A stretch of 63,421 nucleotides of DNA, counting the filler, from Streblomastix strix (lineage: Eukaryota), in NCBI GenBank assembly GCA_008636045.1. It is 4 parts of 4 records of this genome, joined end to end, with 100 filler letters (N's around TTAATTAATTAA, not from the genome) between each part and the next. Parts side by side here need not be neighbours in the genome. Positions count along the whole stretch, not along the records: positions 47,651 to 63,421 come from SNRW01000938.1; 3 more parts are not named here. One strand, written 5' to 3'. A model generated the notes under the pieces. The model did not search any database. It was given only the letters and a program-made list of their open reading frames with translations, and was not told the origin of the DNA. Below, piece by piece: positions 56,561 through 63,421 of this stretch (position 1 is the stretch's first letter; each line of letters opens with the position of its first letter). The translations under genes and the position numbers were made by a program.

Positions 56561-56930
56561 TAATAGATGTCCGGATATTTTTATATACTAAATTCACTTA
56601 ATGATGAGTCACAAGCCCATACTCTATCATCATTTTCTATGTCTTCATTACATCTGGTGAGTATAAAACTGTTTCAATTACTTTTATTTTTCAATAAACT
56701 TACACCTTACCGCAAATTTATATTAGGTTCTAACGTCAATGACACATTAGCGTGTGGATGTTATACTGGCAAAAAATCATATGTATTTGTTGTATCTCCA
56801 TTTGTTAACAAAATTTAACCATTTGTTCCACCAGTTTAAATAAATATATTCGCGTAACTTAGTAATAGAAATGTCTTTCTAAGAGTAATAGTTTATTTTA
56901 TGTCGAGTGCTACGACATTTTTTGTTAATA
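56560..56930 (-). pseudogene. Second fibre-like fragment
   Basis: QTITLRKTF...FIQTGGTNGQILLTNGDT resembles QTIxGxKTF fibre motifs. Confidence 0.4.
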
Positions 56931-56999
56931 TTTCTTGAAGAATTGAATAAAATAAGTAAAATATTTAAAAATTTCTGTGTCTGTCTGTTACGTAATTTA

Positions 57000-58210
57000 T
57001 TATTGTAATTTCTGTAAGGATTATATTTCAGACCATTAATTCATGATTTTCTTGAACTTATACTGAATTGAATTTAAATCTTCTTTTGCTAGTGAGTTGA
57101 GATCACTTATTAGGGTTTCCTTTATGATTTCAACAAAAGTAAACAATTTTTTTACGAATTAACAGTCAAAAATCATCAAATACAATATCTGATTTTATCT
57201 TGTCTGAGAAACGAATGAAATCATGATTAACTTGAAATAGCTTCTCTAAATTATTCAATAACACGTTACTGATATTTGAAATAGAGACATTCTTTGCGAG
57301 AACGTCCATAATTCTAACAATTTCTTACTTTTCGAATTTCTTCGATGTACAACAATTATATCTCATCAGTGGTTCTTTCATTACAACCTCAATATCTTTC
57401 TCTTCTTCTTATGTTATCAAAACCCATTGCTTGATATAGTTATCTGAGCTAAATATGAAATTTTCACCTTTCTTACGAGAATCGTCACATCGCCAAATCG
57501 TATATATGATAAATTTCTGTATATCTAGTTTTGGATGAGATAAATATGTATCCATTACGACTTATTCAGGGTCCACTTATGCAGTTTCACGTGGAACTCC
57601 TTTATAATTCTGTGTTTTGTAAAGACATCTTCATGTACGATCAGTAACTGCACTTAATTATAATTCTCACATCTTATCCTCATTGAATTTCCTGTTTTAT
57701 TTAGAGATAAGGACTGATGAGCTGATCAGTTCATAAGAAGATATAGGCTAAAGTTCGTTCCGTGAAATCCACAGCTATGGTACCTAATTTGCTTTCCGAA
57801 AACCATTTGTTATAGAATCATCAATGGTATATAATCTAAATTTATTTTATATCTATAATTTCATTGTATCTTTTTATTTCTATTGTTTTTTCATCGTATT
57901 TTTCAACAATATATTGCATTAATGTAATCTCATTAATATCTTTTATTTTAAATTATTGTAAACGCTGAATTAATAATAATTAAGAATATATTGTGTGATT
58001 CTTATAATCAAGTTTTTATAATTAGTCTTTTGCACGATTCTTTTATTTAGTTAATGCAGCATCAGCCTTTGCTTCTTCTTAAATTGCATACATACATTTT
58101 CGAGTTAATTTAGGAGCTTATCCAGTTTCCGCAGATATCTTCATATATTCTTCTGGTGATTTTTATTGTACAAGTGTTCGTTGTTATGATTGTTTTTTTT
58201 TCCATTTTCG
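57000..58210 (-). pseudogene. Two to three small fragmented element ORFs of unknown function
   Basis: Coding-like pieces (PKLDIQKFIIYTIWRCDDSRKK; YAIQEEAKADAALTKQK) with stops. Confidence 0.3.
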
Positions 58211-58237
58211 TAATTTATAAAAATAACAAAAATAAAT

Positions 58238-59390
58238 TCAGAGTTCTTTTAATAGTCATATATGAAAATGTTATTTATATTTTTTATTCCACCTTGCTAA
58301 TATCTGCCGCGATTAACTTTCAATATTGAACAGGTAATTCTATAAAACTTACATTAGAATAAGAGTTTAATAACTTATCAACAACATTTCCATTAGAATT
58401 CTTTAAAAATTCTGCTAATTCTTTGAATTTTCTTCTATATTTTTTGAATTGGTTTCCGGGTTTTGAATAATCAAGATAAATTATAAGAATATTTCCAGGA
58501 ACGAATAACAATAATCCTATCTTCTATTATTTTTTTTTAATTTTATATAGTTTATTTTATGATTATCCTATGAAAATTCCATCAATATGATAATTATTAT
58601 TAGCTTATTGTGGAACAAATTTTTTATTGTAAGCGGAATTAGGTGTCTGATTATACATGTTTACCATTTATTACATTAAATCATTGTCAGCAAATTTATC
58701 AGAATCATTGCTAAAATCATTACGAATTGTTCAGAATTCCGAATCAAATACTCGATTATGATTGATGAACTTAGAATCTGTAAAGAGTGAAGTAATCTTA
58801 TGCTCTTAGCAGAATGATTTCAGCAAACTTCCATTAAATCTATTTCCTCCATCACCTTTGATGTTCGTTACATGATAATTCTTAACCAATATTAATAATA
58901 TTTTCTTGATTTATTCTGCAAATTTGTCTCTTAATGAGAAAACAACGAGATATTTTGTGATAATTTTTATTCAGACTAGATATCTTTAATTTGTGCGAAT
59001 TACCCGTTCATTTATCGAAAACACTATATAAATTTCCCATGATCCAAGTTTAGGGGAGAAATACTAGCGATCTAGCTAAGATAATGGTTTTATTTAATAA
59101 TCATTAGAAGTTTCTTATGGCTTTTCAAGTGTGGTATCAGGATATTTCCTATGAATTTTCTCTGATTATTCGGTTTTTGATTTAATTGAATATGCTAAAC
59201 GTTCGGTCCATTTTTTCACCGGAAATTTCACGGTTTATTTTTATATAGTATGCTTTAATCTTGTTACACTAGATTTATCATTTATTTCCACGTATTGTTT
59301 ATAAAATTTATCCACAATTCTTTAACTAAATTTTCCCAAATTTTAATTATTCGGATACTTAGTGAGTTCCTATAGTGACATTTAATTCAT
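58238..59390 (-). pseudogene. Retroviral-type (rve/DDE) integrase of a Maverick/Polinton
   Basis: YFSPKLGSWEIY(D)IVF...TKYLVVFSLRDK...NIKGDGG.RF...NHNRVFDS...TIR...VNMYNQTPNSAY. In-frame TGAs present. Confidence 0.72.
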
Positions 59391-59483
59391 ACTGTGATAA
59401 AGTGAGGTAATCAATCTATTAAGTAATTTTGTATTTCATTTGGAAAATTTCAAAAATAAATCTTATTCCAATTCAAACGATTT

Positions 59484-61720
59484 TCAAGGCTCAGGTACAT
59501 ATTAACTAGCATTAATAACATAAATGAACGGTGCACACGATTGATTTCTTAAAACTATTGTTTTTGTATTCATTCCACTGATTCCTATACGTTCTTAAAA
59601 ACCTTAGTTAATATTCCTTATTTTTGAATTGATGATGTATTATTTACTATTGTTATTGCATTTGACGAGATATTTGTTTAAAATGATTAATTACCTATAA
59701 GTGTATTCAGGCGTAAGCCTTCATGCTGCAAAGCAATATTTTGCATTTATATAACTCCCTTTAATTTCATGATATTTTTGTTAGTACGCTCTAATTAATA
59801 ACATTTAGGAGCCAATGTATAACATGTTTATACTTGCGATTCAATGATCCATCCAAACATTTTCTTCTTATCGGATGCTTCATTGGTTAAATTAAAGAAA
59901 TGTGATTATAATTTATCCCATAATTATTTATTTTTAATTGGCCAGTCATCAGACGCCCTAGCCAAACATAGATTATCTGTACCACCGTAAATCACATGAA
60001 TATACTCGATATCTAAGCATGGAGTAAGAAAATTATAGAAAAAATTTAGTTAAGAATATTTAGAATTATTCATTGTGAAATAAGCAGCTTATAACGTTAT
60101 GGAACATGAACATTTTTTCTTTTCTAATTCCATAATGAATAAATTATCAGAAGTATGCTTATCGAAAAGGAATATATTGGACATGATGTTTCCATTCATT
60201 TTTACTATAATATGCTTTAGACAGGTCCTTGAACCAGGAAAATCAATGATATCGTACTTATCGGATTTAAGATTCTTGAAAATCAATGTTATAGCGGATA
60301 TCATACAGTCATAATCAATGACCGGTACCTCATATCTGTATGGAATTAAGTCATCATCGAAATTATTTTCAATTATCACTTATTTATCTTCTCTGAACAG
60401 CTGATAAACCATTTGTCAATTAAATTCTCGGAAGAGTAATCATATTTTATTTATTTTATACATTATTTAGTCTTGATAGTTGATGTAACAACTGTTGGTA
60501 CACAATTTTAGCATTATATTCCTTCGATTTTCATCAATTATGCTGAGATTCTATAAGTAAAGTAATATTATGTAGGTTTACTCTAGCTTTCACAATTAAG
60601 TGTTAGAAGAAATAGGAACGTTTTATTTGAAGTAATGTGTGGAGCAAATGGTTATGAAAATTTCTCTAATGCAACATACTTAAAGATTTTGCCATTGTTT
60701 TTTTGAGTATTTTTTCATGTTAGATTCAATTTTTCTTTATACGTGACAATTAGGATCTTAAGCAAATATAGCATGATTCTTACAAAATGGATACATTTTA
60801 ATTTTTAACAATTTTTCGACGCTAATTTTGTACATTATATGTTAATTTTCATCGTTATCGTTTAGAAGAAGAATATTGTAATCACGTACTGGATCATACG
60901 GTTTCGGAATCGGATTAACATAACATATAATTAATTTGTAAGGAATTTAAGTATTTTCTCGTCATATTAATAACACTTAATATTTATAATGAATTTTTCA
61001 GCAACTTTCATCGAATTATTCCATTCATATCCTGCATAACTCAAAAGATAATCACGCTTTTCAACCTTGATCGCACTTTCGAAATCACATAATAATCGTT
61101 TTCTTTCTGCAGTTCTTGAATATAGATCGATTTCCACACCATAGGATTCAGGCATAGTTACACACGTTACATTTTACCTGAAACATGTACTGTAACCTTG
61201 TCATTCGCTTTGATCGTCATCTTCGCAGTGAATGTATTTGATAATTTACCTCCTATTTTTATGAATTTTGAAGGGATCCTCCAAATTTTTTATTGGAAAT
61301 GGTATTTTGTAAAAGAGAATCATCATATAATATATAGCAATAATAATTTCTTTTGTATCTATCAATATGCTTTCCTGCATTCGAACTACGGTTGATCATA
61401 TGTATTTCTTAAGTTTACTCATTGATTCTCTTCCATATATAAAAGTTGATTCAATATTTTATGAATGATTTTCATCAGAATGGACTGTTTTACAGCTAAT
61501 AATTTTTCTTAAGTTTCATTTTTGCTGTTGTAATTATAGTCTTTTGCATAAGATTGTTGTTTTTGATCAGCTTCATCGATATCTTCACTTCGATAAATTG
61601 CTACACCGAAATCAAATGCACACTTAAATAACCTTCTATTTTCATGCTGATATATTTGTTCATTGAATGTATCACAAAAATTAATAAATAATTGATTTTG
61701 CTTTTGATGTTGTTTTAAAA
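59484..61720 (-). pseudogene. Protein-primed family B DNA polymerase (pPolB), frameshifted and internally deleted
   Basis: HVIYGGTDNL (YxDTDS-like, 59972-59989), LAPKCY, KLKGV, CAPF. Upstream exonuclease-like VPVIDYD and N-terminal FKCAFDFG. Confidence 0.75.
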
Positions 61721-61789
61721 TGAATAATTTATATATTTTTTAAATTTATTTTTATTTTCTTATGTTCATTTTATTAAATATAAATAATA

Positions 61790-62155
61790 TAGGGTTGCTG
61801 GTGAACCCAAAACCTGTAGTGAAGTCAAAACCGCACTTTTCGATTTATCTATTTTTAAAATTTATATCAAAATTTATATGTATTTTGAAGTCTATTTTTC
61901 AAATATATGATGATTAAGTTATGAAAGATATTTGTTGGTTCGCAAACCAGTGTTTTTTTTAAATAAATTTGAAAAAAATTGAAATTCTTATTTTTACAGA
62001 TTTTAAGAATAATATTGTATAATTATAATTAATGTGCTACATATTTAATATAACGTTAAATTTTTTTTACAATTTATGAAAATATTAATTTTTTTAATCG
62101 TTAAAAAGTAAGGTTTTGACTTCACCACACGGTTTTGATTTCATCAACAACCCTA
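61790..62155. mobile_element. 366-bp MITE with ~44-bp imperfect TIRs beginning TAGGGTTG (hAT-like)
   Basis: Left end TAGGGTTGCTGGTGAACCCAAAACCTGTAGTGAAGTCAAAACC. Right end reverse-complemented TAGGGTTGTTGATGAAATCAAAACCGTGTGGTGAAGTCAAAACC. No clean TSD. Confidence 0.75.
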
Positions 62156-62388
62156 ATAAGAATTTAAGTGAAGAAGCGAAGATTTTTATTTTTTCAAACA
62201 CTGGTTTTCACTTCAAACACTACTTTCTGTAATTAGATAACTTAATTTATTTTAAAATAATAAAATATTAATAAATATATTACAAATTAATGTTTCAATT
62301 TTGAATATTTTTACTGAAAACCCCCATTTCGAAATAAATGCGTGCTTATTAAAAAAAATTAGCTGTAGTTAAATTTTGCATTTATTTA

Positions 62389-62906
62389 TTGGGGATGCCA
62401 AATTGCCACAGGGGATAAAGTGGGGCTGGGCAAACCAGAAATGTGTGATCAGCCTAATTGTGAATAAAATACAAAAATAAATAGATTTTTTTCTAAATGT
62501 ACTTAAAAAATATGAAAAAAATGAGTTTATCTATCTTCACTAACTACTGTTATTTAGTAGTTTATGAAATATAAAACAGCATTAAATTTTCCTAATTTAT
62601 ATAAAAATAAATAGTATGTAGTAATATTGTTTTGACTTGATGATTAACGTAAAAATTTGGTTTGAAATTTTTAATATAATAATATTTGGTGAATAGTCAG
62701 CATTATTTTTTTTTGATTTGCAAATTAAAATTCAAGTATTACGATATAAAAAAGAATTCAATAACTATTTTGAGTGGATAATTGTGAAAGTGTTGGTTAA
62801 ATGAAAAAATTAAAAAATACGCACTTTTTTATCAGAAGTAAGTTAAATATTATCAATTATATTCAAATGTGCTAGCAAATATTCATATTTTGGGGATGCC
62901 AAATTG
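62389..62906 (+). repeat. Direct repeat TTGGGGATGCCAAATTG x2 (62389, 62890), each followed by a G-rich patch
   Basis: Exact 17-mer repeated 501 bp apart in otherwise very AT-rich DNA. Confidence 0.8.
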
Positions 62907-63421
62907 ACCCAAAAGGTTTTGGCTGGGTGGGTCGGTCAGGGTTCTGTGGATAGGAATAAATATATGATATTGCAAAAATAGCGTTTTATTTTATGCTGAA
63001 AAAATTGAAAAAAGAAAAAAAAATAATAAAATCTAAATAGCATCAACAAATAATTAGAATTATATGTATATATGTTGTTATTTAGCAATAATTTAAATAT
63101 ATTAAATCATTAAATATGCTATTTATTAAAAAAAGACTTCTGATACATAAAAGAATTGGCAATTAATAAAAATAGTTTTGTTAGATGCAAACAGTACCAT
63201 AATGGTAATTGAAATTTATTCAAATAAGTTAATAAATATATAAATTTAAAAAATAATATAAAATTAAAGATAAAGACACTGTCAGAGGTAAATACTGCCG
63301 AGATTAAAATTTTACCCAAAGTGCAAATAGAGGCTTATTTGAATCTTTATTTTACTAAAATTTATATTTATAAAATATATTAAAATTAATTTTGTAGAAG
63401 AACAGTGGTTAATACTCTTGT

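Larger units (their letters stand above)
51990..61720 (-). mobile_element. Decayed endogenous Maverick/Polinton-like DNA virus
   Basis: Apparently intronless, tightly packed minus-strand pseudogenes: pPolB, rve integrase, small ORFs, fibre-like repeats and two capsid-like paralogues. Confidence 0.75.

Noticed and set aside
61782..62163. 8-bp target-site duplication for the MITE
   Set aside because: The flanks AAATAATA and ATAAGAAT do not match convincingly.

Overview
AT-rich eukaryotic (protist) DNA that reads with the ciliate-type nuclear code (TAA/TAG = Gln, TGA the only stop) and has short GT-AG introns. The supplied standard-code ORF track is therefore mostly fragments or shadow frames. 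Code, composition and gene families fit an oxymonad such as Streblomastix strix (inference). The window is four unrelated ~15.8-kb contigs in descending length (1-15787, 15888-31669, 31770-47550, 47651-63421), joined by artificial N/TTAATTAATTAA linkers. Contig 1 is one giant palindrome, probably a whole-genome-amplification fold-back, of a huge GGAI-repeat beta-helix surface protein gene. Contig 2 holds an ELAV-like RRM gene, a NEK-type kinase-SPRY gene, an F-box-like/SPRY gene, a catalytically altered cathepsin-B-like protein with a GPI-type tail, a Cys-to-Ser pseudo-dual-specificity phosphatase, and the tyrosine-recombinase end of a DIRS-like retroelement. Contig 3 holds a micro-exon-rich polyQ/Zn-finger kinase, a giant CxxC-repeat protein, DIRS remnants and a fold-back element. 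Contig 4 holds a hAT transposase remnant, MITE-like repeats and the main highlight: a decayed endogenous Maverick/Polinton-like DNA virus (protein-primed PolB, rve integrase, two tandem capsid-like paralogues, fibre-like repeat genes) written in the host's non-standard code. All translations were done by eye and no database searches were run.
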